From: an uncultured Anaerolineaceae bacterium
GTDB lineage: Bacteria > Chloroflexota > Anaerolineae > Anaerolineales > E44-bin32
Direction: 5' to 3'
DNA length: 46,334 nt
NCBI GenBank assembly: GCA_964570595.1
Contig: CAZMZL010000001.1
Span: forward strand, 33,653-79,986
Below the pieces are notes generated by a model that was not told the DNA's origin, did not search any database, and was given only the letters and a program-made list of their open reading frames with translations. A program made the position numbers and the translations under genes. Each line of letters begins with the position of its first letter. Positions within the stretch are counted from its first letter, which is position 1. Positions 27,734 to 37,448 of this stretch are shown in pieces.

Positions 27734-28524
27734 TGCGATTGGTCTTATTCGCCCCTACCCGAAAGAGCCTTTACTCTAGAATTGTTGCACAAAGAATCCT
27801 GGTTGAGCCGGGGGTCAGCCTCAGTGCGATCGTCGTCCGATCGATATGGTCATTTCAGCGGTTCCGGTCCGAGCTGCGTCGGGATGGCCCGCGACTGTTG
27901 GGTAAAATCCGGACCAAGCTCGTTCTTGGTGAAGGGGCTCTGCCGGACAGCGAGGATAGTAAATCCACGGGAGCGGAGAGAGCAGCCGGCGATGATTTGT
28001 ATAAAATGGCGCGCCGGCATGGAATTCCATTTGCCTCAACGCCGGATCTGAACAATAAGCGGGTTGAATGTCAATTAGAGGATATCGCCCCGCATCTCAT
28101 CGTCTTTACGGGCGGGGGATTAATTCGATCGAATATTTTACATATTCCATCGCTGGGGGTCATGAACTGCCACTCAGGCATCCTGCCTCGCTACCGGGGG
28201 ATGGACGTCGTTGAGTGGCCCCTGTTGGAGGACGATGCCGAGATCGCTCAAATCGGGCTGAGCCTGCACTTCATGGACCGGGGCGTCGATACGGGGCCCT
28301 TGCTGCTGCAGCATCACGAGATGGTGCGAGCCGATGATTCGATCGAGGCGATCCGAACCAGACTTGAATCTCAGATGATCGAGTTGATGATGGAAGGAAT
28401 TCGCGGGCTCAAGAGCGGAACATTGAAACCGAGGCCCCAGATGGTTGACGAGGGGAAACAATATTACGTGATGCACCCTCGATTGAAGAGGATCGTCACG
28501 CGTAAACTTCGTGCTTCAATCTAA
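27730..28524 (+). CDS. Formyltransferase (sugar N-formyltransferase / Fmt N-domain-like)
   Basis: VMNCHSGILPRYRGMDVVEWPL carries the Asn-His-Asp formyltransferase signature. 264 aa, ATGA-coupled to the upstream gene. Confidence 0.8.
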   Translation: MMRLVLFAPTRKSLYSRIVAQRILVEPGVSLSAIVVRSIWSFQRFRSELRRDGPRLLGKIRTKLVLGEGALPDSEDSKSTGAERAAGDDLYKMARRHGIPFASTPDLNNKRVECQLEDIAPHLIVFTGGGLIRSNILHIPSLGVMNCHSGILPRYRGMDVVEWPLLEDDAEIAQIGLSLHFMDRGVDTGPLLLQHHEMVRADDSIEAIRTRLESQMIELMMEGIRGLKSGTLKPRPQMVDEGKQYYVMHPRLKRIVTRKLRASI

Positions 28525-28644
28525 CGACCAGGGGGAACGCATCACGCCTCTGACCAGGAAGATGGTCCCGATGGGTTGCGGAGGATGTGAGGGAGTTTTC
28601 CTGAGTGCTATAATCGCATCAAATCGCGTGGAGATGAGCGTGGC

Positions 28645-30813
28645 ATGAAGCAGGTTGTGCAAGATTTTCGAACTGGATCCACGAGCGTGATCGATGTGCC
28701 CGTCCCTCAACTCAAGCCCACGATGGCGCTTGTACGGAATTCCGCATCACTGGTGTCGGTCGGGACAGAACGCGCACTTGTAGCGTTTGCCTCAAAAAAC
28801 ATCCTGGGAAAAGCTCGGTCTCGTCCGGATCTGGTTCGGCAGGTTGTCGATAAAGCGCGGCGCGAAGGAATTCTCACCACCATCGATGCCGTCCGGAACA
28901 GGTTGGATCATCCGCTCCCCCTGGGGTATTCCTCCGCAGGCACGGTTATCCAGGTTGGACCAGATCTTACCGATTACCAGGTGGGCGACCGGGTGGCCTG
29001 CGCAGGAGGGGGATACGCCGTGCATGCGGAGTACGCAGCCGTCCCCAGGAATTTATTGGCGAAGATACCCGAGAACGTTGATTTCGAGGCGGCCGCGTTC
29101 GCCACGCTCGGCTCGATTGCGCTCCACGGTTTCAGGTTAGCTGATCCAACACTTGGCGAATCAGTGGCGGTAATTGGGCTGGGCGTGTTGGGGCTTCTTG
29201 CGGCCGGGATCGCCAGGGCTGCTGGCTGCAAAGTTTTTGGGATTGATGTGGATCCCGAGAGAGTGGAATTTGCACAACAGCTTGGATTTGCGGCGGTCGC
29301 CCGCGACGAAGCCGAACCTGCGGGACTTGGTTTCACCAAGGGCATGGGGTTCGACATCGTTCAAATATGCGCGGATACACTCGAGGATGACACGGTCATC
29401 CTCGCCGGGGAAATCGCCCGAGATCGCGGCCGGGTCATCTCGACGGGTGTGGTCGGGACCGGGCTTCCGCGCAAAACTTACTTCCAGAAAGAATTGAGTT
29501 TTATCGTCTCTCGATCTTATGGACCCGGCCGGTACGATAAGAATTACGAAGAAGGGGGGGCGGATTACCCGATCGGATATGTGCGCTGGACGGAACAGCG
29601 CAACCTGTCGGCATTCCTCGAAATTTTGGCTGAGGAGGCTTTCGATGTGCATCCATTGATCAGCCATCGATTTCCTATCGAACGGGCGGAGGAAGCATAC
29701 GTACTTCTTTCTTCAGAGAATGCCGATCCATTTCTTGGTGTGGTCTTAACATATCCCGGGTCGGATCCTGATGCTGAACCGCCGGTGAGGAGGATTGCGT
29801 TATCGACCACGACCACGGGCGGCGGCGATGATGTCCGTTTGGGCGTGATCGGAGCGGGAAATTTCGCCAGAGCCGTGATGCTCCCCGTCATGCAGAGTTC
29901 CGGTGTACAGTGCGTCGGCCTTGCTGCGGCGAGTGGTTTGAGCGCCACAGAAACGGCGAAACGCTTTGGATTTGAGTATGCCGCGACCGCTTCCGATGAG
30001 ATTCTGGCAGATGACCGCGTAAATGCTGTGGCCATTCTCACTCGACATGATCTTCACGCCCCTCTCGTCCTACAAGCGCTCAAAGCGAACAAACATGTGT
30101 TTTGCGAAAAACCTCTGGCGCTCAATCAAGAGGATCTTCGCGCAATCGCCAAGACACTCGAGGGCTGTGATCGCATACTTGCCGTGGGCTTCAACCGGCG
30201 ATTTTCGCCCCACGCGCTCGAGTTAAAAAAGTTTCTTCATTCTGTGAATGAGCCACTTATTATGAATTACCGCGTCAACGCGGGTCTCTTGCCCCGGGAT
30301 CATTGGCTCCACGATCCAGTTCAAGGCGGAGGGCGCATCATTGGTGAGGGATGTCACTTCATTGATTTCCTCAGCTTCGTCGCTTCCTCTCCGATCGCGT
30401 CCGTCGTGGTCAAAGGAACGCCGTCGGATGATCGCTATCGGGAAGACAATGTCATCCTGATGCTGAAGTATCAGAATGGATCCCTGGGAACAATTACATA
30501 CGTCGCCAATGGCGACCGTTCGCTTCCAAAAGAGCGATTGGAGATATTCGGGGGCGGAAGCGTGGTAATCCTGGATGATTTCCGCAGGCTTGAGTTGAAC
30601 CGCAATGGGCGCAAGCGCGTACGTCAAAACCGCTGGCGGCAGGATAAGGGACACCGCCCGGAGTGGGAGGCCTTTATGCGCGCCGTGCGTGACGGCGGCC
30701 CACCACCCATACCCTACCAGGAAGTATTTGATGTCTCCCTGGCGTCGATCGTGGCACTGGACGCGCTGCGATCCGGCTCAGAAGTTCAATTCGAGCCGAT
30801 GTCTCTGACATAA
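28645..30813 (+). CDS. Bi-domain oxidoreductase: N-terminal MDR/zinc-ADH-like + C-terminal Gfo/Idh/MocA
   Basis: The N-terminal half has GDRVACAGGGYAVHAEY and VIGLGVLGLLAA. The C-terminal half has RLGVIGAGNFAR and EKPLAL (Gfo/Idh/MocA EKP motif). Confidence 0.85.
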   Translation: MKQVVQDFRTGSTSVIDVPVPQLKPTMALVRNSASLVSVGTERALVAFASKNILGKARSRPDLVRQVVDKARREGILTTIDAVRNRLDHPLPLGYSSAGTVIQVGPDLTDYQVGDRVACAGGGYAVHAEYAAVPRNLLAKIPENVDFEAAAFATLGSIALHGFRLADPTLGESVAVIGLGVLGLLAAGIARAAGCKVFGIDVDPERVEFAQQLGFAAVARDEAEPAGLGFTKGMGFDIVQICADTLEDDTVILAGEIARDRGRVISTGVVGTGLPRKTYFQKELSFIVSRSYGPGRYDKNYEEGGADYPIGYVRWTEQRNLSAFLEILAEEAFDVHPLISHRFPIERAEEAYVLLSSENADPFLGVVLTYPGSDPDAEPPVRRIALSTTTTGGGDDVRLGVIGAGNFARAVMLPVMQSSGVQCVGLAAASGLSATETAKRFGFEYAATASDEILADDRVNAVAILTRHDLHAPLVLQALKANKHVFCEKPLALNQEDLRAIAKTLEGCDRILAVGFNRRFSPHALELKKFLHSVNEPLIMNYRVNAGLLPRDHWLHDPVQGGGRIIGEGCHFIDFLSFVASSPIASVVVKGTPSDDRYREDNVILMLKYQNGSLGTITYVANGDRSLPKERLEIFGGGSVVILDDFRRLELNRNGRKRVRQNRWRQDKGHRPEWEAFMRAVRDGGPPPIPYQEVFDVSLASIVALDALRSGSEVQFEPMSLT

Positions 30814-30820
30814 AGCAGCC

Positions 30821-33040
30821 ATGTCTCCTCCTGTATTTCAGGCTGCACGTGAACTCGGGTTAGGTCCGCTGGCGCGATTCGCCCGCTATCAATTGGGGTT
30901 AAAATCAGGATGGTACCGCTGGCGTGCGCCTACATCCACATGGGATGATGTCCCGCTCAAATCCTCCCTGAGCAAAGGCGTCCCGATCACGCCTGGCGAA
31001 TACGCTGCTTTCCGTTCGGAAAATTCCCCTCCCTTCTTCTTCAATGATCCTCGTTCTTTACAGACCCAACTGATCGGCGTGCTGCTGGGGGGTCTCGGCG
31101 GTGGGATTCGCGAGGCCGAGGAGATCGTACAAGGTCGCTACCGCTTGTTTGGCATGGCTCCAATTCGATTGGGCCTTCCCCCTGATTGGGGCGCGTTTGC
31201 ACCCGTCCCCCATATTCCAGAATTCCAGCCCGTCCCCCTTGATAAACATTGGTCCAAATATTCGATCGACGATATGCCGGGGGATGTTAAGCTGCTGTGG
31301 GAGATCGCTCGCTTTGGATGGGTGTATGCTCTCTGTCGAGCGGATGTGATCACGGGCAAAGAGAAGTACTTCGAAACCTTCTGGAAATTGCTGAATTCAT
31401 GGCTTGCATCCAACCCTCCGAATACCGGCCCCCACTGGTATTCGGCTCAAGAAGTGGCCATCCGTTTACTCGGGACCGTGTTTGCAAACTATGCCTTCAC
31501 AGGGCAGATCCTGCTCGGAGATGAGCGTCAGGGCGTGATTACCCAGAGCATCGACGCATATGGACGACGAATAGCAATTACGTTGAGCTATGCACAAGCA
31601 CAGGGGAACAATCACCTGCTCGTTGAAGCCGTGGCGCTCTATACGGCGGGACTGCTCTATCCGGAGATGAAAAGGGCCGCTCGCTGGCGAGACCTGGGAA
31701 GGAAGTGGACAATCCATGCTCTCAGGCGCCAAATCTTTGAGGATGGCGGATATATTCAGCATTCAGTGAATTATCAACGCCTGGCCCTGCAGGCGGGCTT
31801 GTGGATTGCTCGGCTCGCGGGTATCCATCAAGAATCCCTTCCCGACGATGTCCTTGAGAATTTATGGAAGACGACCTCGCTTCTGCATGCGCTGGTGCAG
31901 CCCGAGAACGGTTGTGCACCGAATTTCGGTCCTAATGATGGCGCACAAATCTTTCCGTGGAGCACACGACCTATCGAGGACTTCCGGCCGACCCTGCAGG
32001 CTGCAGGTGTTTTATTTAAAGGTGTGCGGTTTTATGAACCCGGTCCGTGGGATGAGATGTGCATCTGGCTGGGTCTGGGTGAGACAGCAGAAGGGCTGGA
32101 TGTGGCGGAAGACGCAGGGACCCCACCTGGCAGGCGCATAACCTTCGAGGGAATCAGGGTTGAGCCCGCAGCCGATGCGGCAACAACTGCCGATGCAGGG
32201 GCATTCCCAGAGGCCGGTTTGTACATCATGTCCGGCCATCGAGCGCACGGCATCCTCCGGGCCGCGCACTTCACACATCGCCCGGGACACAGCGATCAAC
32301 TTCACTTCGATCTCTGGTGGCATGGCAGGAATATTCTTGTTGACCCGGGGAGCTATCTGTATAATGCGCCGCCGCCGTGGGAGAATGCCCTGGCTCTGGC
32401 GCGCTATCACAATACCGTGCTCGTCGACAATCAAGAGCCGATGACGCGCGCCGGAAGATTCCTGTGGCTTGACTGGGCGCAGGCCGAATTCATCGGTTCC
32501 TGGAAATCACCATCAGGGAAATCCGAGGTCCTTTCTTTCTGTCAAACTGGATATGAGCACCTCAAAGTCGTCCACCAGCGGACCGTAATCCGCATGGGGG
32601 ATGATCGCTGGATCATCGCCGACGACATTATCGGGGATGGGGACCAGGCACTGCGATTGAGTTGGTTGCTGGCGCATCTGCCCTGGCGTCGTCGAGAATG
32701 TGGGATTGAGTTGGAAGTAGGCACGGAGAGAGCCACCATCGATGTGGATGCTGGCGATTGCAGGATGGGCATCTATGCCGCGGGAACGCTCGTTGCAGGT
32801 GAAGAACTGGGGGAGCATGATCCTGTATCAGGGTGGTTTTCGCCGACGTATGCCGTAAAGACCCCGGCTCTTCAGTTGATCGTTCTCGTATCGAATACGT
32901 TGCCGGTACGGCTGTTGACGAGCATCACGTTCGGAGAAGATGAGAGCGGATCCGCTGAAGTAGCCTGGCGGCCCCCTGAAAAGGGTCAGCCGGCGCTGGA
33001 CCGACTCCTCTTCGATGAAGAGGAATTAGAAATCTCATAA
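30821..33040 (+). CDS. Heparinase II/III-like (alginate-lyase-superfamily N-domain) protein
   Basis: 739 aa. NNHLLVEAVALYTAGLLYPE and HSDQLHFDLWWHGRNILVDPGSY are typical of the Hepar_II_III family. Confidence 0.8.
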   Translation: MSPPVFQAARELGLGPLARFARYQLGLKSGWYRWRAPTSTWDDVPLKSSLSKGVPITPGEYAAFRSENSPPFFFNDPRSLQTQLIGVLLGGLGGGIREAEEIVQGRYRLFGMAPIRLGLPPDWGAFAPVPHIPEFQPVPLDKHWSKYSIDDMPGDVKLLWEIARFGWVYALCRADVITGKEKYFETFWKLLNSWLASNPPNTGPHWYSAQEVAIRLLGTVFANYAFTGQILLGDERQGVITQSIDAYGRRIAITLSYAQAQGNNHLLVEAVALYTAGLLYPEMKRAARWRDLGRKWTIHALRRQIFEDGGYIQHSVNYQRLALQAGLWIARLAGIHQESLPDDVLENLWKTTSLLHALVQPENGCAPNFGPNDGAQIFPWSTRPIEDFRPTLQAAGVLFKGVRFYEPGPWDEMCIWLGLGETAEGLDVAEDAGTPPGRRITFEGIRVEPAADAATTADAGAFPEAGLYIMSGHRAHGILRAAHFTHRPGHSDQLHFDLWWHGRNILVDPGSYLYNAPPPWENALALARYHNTVLVDNQEPMTRAGRFLWLDWAQAEFIGSWKSPSGKSEVLSFCQTGYEHLKVVHQRTVIRMGDDRWIIADDIIGDGDQALRLSWLLAHLPWRRRECGIELEVGTERATIDVDAGDCRMGIYAAGTLVAGEELGEHDPVSGWFSPTYAVKTPALQLIVLVSNTLPVRLLTSITFGEDESGSAEVAWRPPEKGQPALDRLLFDEEELEIS

Positions 33041-34299
33041 TGCACATACTTTTGGTTCATCAAGCCTTCGCCGCGCTGGGTGAGCCCGGCGGGACACGAC
33101 ATCACGAATTTGCACGCCAGCTTACACAGCGGGGACATCGCGTGACCGTGATCACGGGCCAGGTGAATTATTTAACCGGGGAAAAGAGAGCTACCCGTGC
33201 ATGGTTTGCGCGCGAAGTTGATGATTCGGGCGTTGAGATCTGGCGTTGTCGAAGCTATTCCGGCTGGCATAGGTCATTTTTTCATCGATTGCTTAGCTTC
33301 TTCTCGTTTATGATCACATCCTTCATGGTTGGGCTGCGCATCCCTGAAGTCACGCTGGTGTGGGGGACGTCCCCTCCAATTTTTCAGGCGGTGACGGCAT
33401 GGATGCTGGCGCGCTTGAAAGGCGCACCTTTCTTGTTGGAAGTTCGCGATTTGTGGCCATACTTTGCCATCGAGGTGGGGGTCCTCCGACAGCCGATCAT
33501 CATCCGCTTGTCTGAGTGGCTTGAACGCTTTTTGTACAAGCGGGCGGAGGGCCTGGTGATCAATTCGCCCGGGTTCATGGAGCATGTTTCTTCAAGAGGC
33601 GGCGAGCCCGTATTCCTCGTCCCGAACGGTGTGGATGTCGCCATGTTTGATCGAACGATTGGTGGAGAGGAATTCAGGAATGCGCATCATCTTCAGGATG
33701 AATTCGTCCTGCTCTACGCAGGGGCGCACGGTGTGTCGAATGATCTCGAAACCATCCTGGACGCCGCGCTGATTTTGAAAGAAGAGCCATCCATTCGTTT
33801 TGTTCTCCTTGGAGACGGGAAGGAGAAGGCCGCACTCAAGGAAAAGGCTCGAGAATATTCTCTGAGAAATGTGCTGTTTCTGCCGCCGGTCCCCAAGAAC
33901 GAGATCCCGGGCGCTCTGGCAGGTGCGGACGCCTGCGTCGCAATTCTCAAACCTATCGATGCCTATACGACCACATACCCAAACAAGGTTTTTGATTATA
34001 TGGCGGCCGGAAAACCGGTCCTTCTGATGATCGATGGCGTGATCCGGACGGTGGTGGAGGATGCTCATGCGGGAATCTTCATTAAACCGGGGGACGCCGT
34101 TGTTCTGGCGGCTGCTGTCCAGGAACTGGAAGCCGACCCTGCGCTCAGAGATCGACTTGGGAAAGCTGGGAGGAGATGCGTCGAGGAGCGCTTCGATCGG
34201 CCAGCTTTGGCCGGCGAGATGGAAGGGGTCATGATGGCGGTGGTCGCATCGAAGGGCGCGAAATTTCCTCAACGGAATGGAGATCGTGATTTGGGATGA
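33040..34299 (+). CDS. Glycosyltransferase, GT4 (WbuB-like)
   Basis: MHILLVHQAF...GGTRHHEFARQL..GH.VTVIT N-terminus as in WbuB-type enzymes. TAATG overlap with the upstream gene. Confidence 0.85.
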   Translation: MHILLVHQAFAALGEPGGTRHHEFARQLTQRGHRVTVITGQVNYLTGEKRATRAWFAREVDDSGVEIWRCRSYSGWHRSFFHRLLSFFSFMITSFMVGLRIPEVTLVWGTSPPIFQAVTAWMLARLKGAPFLLEVRDLWPYFAIEVGVLRQPIIIRLSEWLERFLYKRAEGLVINSPGFMEHVSSRGGEPVFLVPNGVDVAMFDRTIGGEEFRNAHHLQDEFVLLYAGAHGVSNDLETILDAALILKEEPSIRFVLLGDGKEKAALKEKAREYSLRNVLFLPPVPKNEIPGALAGADACVAILKPIDAYTTTYPNKVFDYMAAGKPVLLMIDGVIRTVVEDAHAGIFIKPGDAVVLAAAVQELEADPALRDRLGKAGRRCVEERFDRPALAGEMEGVMMAVVASKGAKFPQRNGDRDLG

Positions 34300-34922
34300 G
34301 TGATCTTCAAAAGAGTGTTCCGAGGCGAAAACGCATGTTTGATCTCGCATTGACGATCCCGGGGGTGGTCATCATAAGTCCGATTCTACTCTTGCTGGCG
34401 ATCTACATCCGCATCCGCCTGGGTCCCCCCGTTTTTTTTCGCCAGTTGCGCCCGGGGCTTGAAGGGAGGCCCTTTGTCCTGTACAAATTCCGGACGATGA
34501 CATCCGAGGTGGATCACCAGGGAAACCTACTTCCGGATTCACAGCGCATGACGTCTTTGGGACAATGGATGCGTTCCTTCAGCCTGGACGAGTTGCCCGA
34601 GCTCTTTAATGTGCTCAAGGGGGAAATGAGCCTTGTAGGACCTCGGCCTCTGCTCATGCAATACCTGGAGCGGTATACACAAGAACAGGCAAGGCGACAT
34701 GAAGTGCTGCCGGGGATCACCGGTTGGGCACAGATCCATGGCCGCAATGCGCTGACCTGGGAGGACAAGTTCCGCTTTGACACATGGTACGTGGATCATT
34801 GCTCTCTGCAGCTAGACATAAAGATACTGACGCTCACTTTTTGGAAGACGATCAAGCGGGAGGGGATCTCACAACCCGGGCATGCCACTTCGGAAGAGTT
34901 CATGGGGAGCGGAAACGAGTGA
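34296..34922 (+). CDS. Small monotopic phosphoglycosyl transferase (PglC/WbaP C-domain family, initiating sugar transferase)
   Basis: FDLALTIPGVVIISPILLLLAIYIRI re-entrant helix, P.FF.Q.R.G, KFRTM, DELPQ-like DELPELFNVLKGEMSLVGPRP. Confidence 0.85.
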   Translation: MSDLQKSVPRRKRMFDLALTIPGVVIISPILLLLAIYIRIRLGPPVFFRQLRPGLEGRPFVLYKFRTMTSEVDHQGNLLPDSQRMTSLGQWMRSFSLDELPELFNVLKGEMSLVGPRPLLMQYLERYTQEQARRHEVLPGITGWAQIHGRNALTWEDKFRFDTWYVDHCSLQLDIKILTLTFWKTIKREGISQPGHATSEEFMGSGNE

Positions 34923-35044
34923 GGAATATTTGTCCAGATAATGCACAGATTGCTCCGTATGAAAGAGTTGCAGAAATCCATGAAGAAGGGTAGGATGAGG
35001 GCTGGGTAGCACCCAAAATCATTCAATTGCCGAGGAGGAAAGAG

Positions 35045-35242
35045 ATGAAAGAGCCTTTGGAGTTTTATGACGTGAAGTCCAAGAGCAAATTTACAAGTTC
35101 AGAGTGGCGAATTGAGGTCAAAGAGTCGAATGGCCGCACGCGTTATTTTGCAGTTGCGAAGGTTCCCGAGGGGACGCATGAAGCATGGCGCATCGTGGGC
35201 GCCGATTTCGGCAAACAGAATATGGAACAAGGAATTTCCTAA
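35045..35242 (+). CDS. Small (65 aa) basic hypothetical protein
   Basis: ATG 35045 is preceded by GAGGAGG and followed by a strong intrinsic terminator. The beta-rich, Lys/Arg-rich sequence is not confidently recognised. Confidence 0.5.
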   Translation: MKEPLEFYDVKSKSKFTSSEWRIEVKESNGRTRYFAVAKVPEGTHEAWRIVGADFGKQNMEQGIS

Positions 35243-35265
35243 CACCCTGGTAAGGCAATGAATGG

Positions 35266-35295
35266 ACCGCCCAGTACTCTGGGCGGTTTATGTTT
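35266..35295 (+). terminator. Rho-independent terminator after the small ORF
   Basis: ACCGCCCAG-TACT-CTGGGCGGT stem-loop followed by TTATGTTT. Confidence 0.7.
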
Positions 35296-35371
35296 AAGGA
35301 TGGGAAGCAGTGGTATCATTGCAAAACCCCAGAGGTCCTGCACGCAGTGTGTGTGCCAGGGGCTTTCAAGC

Positions 35372-36295
35372 ATGATTCAGCTTAAGCACCAAGACCTTTA
35401 TCGCCAAATGCTGCGTATCCGTCGTTTTGAAGAGACGGTTCTCGATTCGTTTCCCCGCGGCCTTTTTTACGGCACGACCCATACTTACATCGGACAAGAA
35501 GCCAATGCCGTTGGGGTGCTCGCCTCGATGCAGGAGGGGGACATCGTGGTCAGCAACCATCGCTGCCACGGCCATTTCCTCGCATATGGCGGATCGATGC
35601 ACGCGCTCGCAGCGGAGCTCATGGGCCGCTCCACAGGGATTTGCGGCGGGCGAGGTGGAAGTCAGCATATCCAGTGGAAGGATTTTTATGCGAACGGCAT
35701 ACTCGGCGGCACTGTGCCGCTCGCGGTCGGTATGGCATTGGGCGAGCGGGAATCGGGGACGGGAAGGATCGTTTTTTCCTTTCTTGGCGATGGCACGTTG
35801 GGGGAAGGCGTCGTGTATGAGAGCTTGAACATGGCGTCGCTCTGGAACCTGCCGGTGCTCTTTCTGGTAGAGAACAATCGTTATGCACAAAGTACGCCCG
35901 TACACCTTCACCTGGCAGGTGAAATCACCACGCGATTCGAAGCCTTCGGCATCCCCGTGGAAGCCATGGATACCGTCGATGTTTCCTTGATTTCGGTCGG
36001 CGCCGATCGGGCGTCTAATCTTGTCCGGGAAGGCAGCGGTCCCCGGGCAATCGTGATGGATACCTACCGCTTTGCGCCGCACTCGAAAGGCGATGACAGT
36101 CGAGATCCGGAAGAAATCGCAAGGTTCAGGAAGAATGACCCCCTCCTGGTCCAGGCTGCCAGGATTGCGCAGGATGATCTGCAACCGATCGAATCCGAAA
36201 TCGAAGGTGAGGTGGTTGAAGCGTTCAAGCGCGCCCAGGCGGACCCCTTCGCCGACCCGAACCACCTCACAGCTCCAAGAGGGGTGAATCGATGA
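35372..36295 (+). CDS. TPP-dependent 2-oxoacid (pyruvate/acetoin-type) dehydrogenase E1 alpha subunit
   Basis: LYRQMLRIRRFEE N-terminus and the TPP motif GDGTLGEGVVYESLNMASLWNLPVLFLVENNRYA. Confidence 0.85.
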   Translation: MIQLKHQDLYRQMLRIRRFEETVLDSFPRGLFYGTTHTYIGQEANAVGVLASMQEGDIVVSNHRCHGHFLAYGGSMHALAAELMGRSTGICGGRGGSQHIQWKDFYANGILGGTVPLAVGMALGERESGTGRIVFSFLGDGTLGEGVVYESLNMASLWNLPVLFLVENNRYAQSTPVHLHLAGEITTRFEAFGIPVEAMDTVDVSLISVGADRASNLVREGSGPRAIVMDTYRFAPHSKGDDSRDPEEIARFRKNDPLLVQAARIAQDDLQPIESEIEGEVVEAFKRAQADPFADPNHLTAPRGVNR

Positions 36296-37281
36296 GAACT
36301 GTGCTGGAGGCGCTCAACGAGGGCATGCATGCCTGTTTGGCGGAGTCGGACAAAGTCTATTTCCTTGGCGAGGATATCCTTGACCCTTATGGTGGCGCCT
36401 TTAAGGTCGCTCGAGGCTTATCGAGCCAGTACCCGGGACAAGTCATCACCACGCCGGTTTCCGAAGCGGGCATTGTGGGGATGGCCGTCGGTATGGCGCT
36501 GCGGGGATACCGGCCAATTGTCGAAATCATGTTTGGCGATTTTCTCATGCTGGCGGCGGATCAATTGATCAATCATGCTTCTAAATTCCGCTGGATGAGC
36601 AATGATCGCGTCCACGTTCCATTGGTGGTTCGTACGCCCATGGGCGGAGGTCGCGGTTATGGTCCCACCCACAGCCAGACGCTCGAGAAACACTTGCTCG
36701 GAGCGCCGGGGATGCGGATCGTCGCGGTCACAACACTGATGGATCCGGCCGAACTCCTTCGTTCGGTAGTCTTCGAAGATGATGACCCGGTACTGTTCGT
36801 CGAACATAAGGCGCTCTATCCTGTTCAAGTTCAAGCATGGGATCAACAGGACTTCGATGTCCTGGTATCGGAGGATCGCTATCCGGTCTTCCGTTTGTGC
36901 ATTGCCGGCGCGCCCTCACCGAGCGCAACGGTCATGACCTATGGTTATATGGCAGAGATTGCACTGGAGGCGGCCCACCGGCTGGCTTATGAGCGCGAGG
37001 TGTTTATCGATGTGATCGCACTGACGGATCTGATTCCCGATGATGAATCTGTATTTGACGCGGTCGAGGAGACGGGTGTGCTGTTGACCCTGGAAGAGGG
37101 ATCCATCACCCTGGGATGGGGCGCCGAGATCGTGGCACGATGCTCCGAGCGCTTCAGGTCCCTGAAAACCCGCCGAATTGGAGCGCTTGATATGCCCATT
37201 CCGGCGGCAGGCACCCTTGAGCCGGCCGTCCTGCCGGGAGTGGATGATGTGATGAGCGCTGTCCTTGCGATGACCGGATAA
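36292..37281 (+). CDS. 2-oxoacid dehydrogenase E1 beta subunit (transketolase-like Pyr + C-terminal domains)
   Basis: VYFLGEDI..YGGAFKV..GL, TPVSEAGIVGMAVGMAL, RTPMGGGRGYGPTHSQ. ATGA overlap with E1 alpha. Confidence 0.9.
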   Translation: MRTVLEALNEGMHACLAESDKVYFLGEDILDPYGGAFKVARGLSSQYPGQVITTPVSEAGIVGMAVGMALRGYRPIVEIMFGDFLMLAADQLINHASKFRWMSNDRVHVPLVVRTPMGGGRGYGPTHSQTLEKHLLGAPGMRIVAVTTLMDPAELLRSVVFEDDDPVLFVEHKALYPVQVQAWDQQDFDVLVSEDRYPVFRLCIAGAPSPSATVMTYGYMAEIALEAAHRLAYEREVFIDVIALTDLIPDDESVFDAVEETGVLLTLEEGSITLGWGAEIVARCSERFRSLKTRRIGALDMPIPAAGTLEPAVLPGVDDVMSAVLAMTG

Positions 37282-37448
37282 TTTGGTCAAGTGCTCGATC
37301 GAAGGCGCCATTCGAGGGTCAATCCGTCTTCGAAGGAAATCAAAGAATCGGTCTGCGGACCTTTTCCTCATATGATTGCTTCGATCGGTAGAGGTGTACA
37401 ATACCCACCTCGTCCATGCCGTCATCCCCACAACCGAGAGGTCGAGGA

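Noticed and set aside
33592-34350. 252-aa minus-strand ORF; likewise 35366-36265 (299 aa), 29161-29667, 28974-29357 and 4614-5306
   Set aside because: All are antisense shadows of well-supported plus-strand genes (GT4, E1 alpha, bi-domain oxidoreductase, PFOR).
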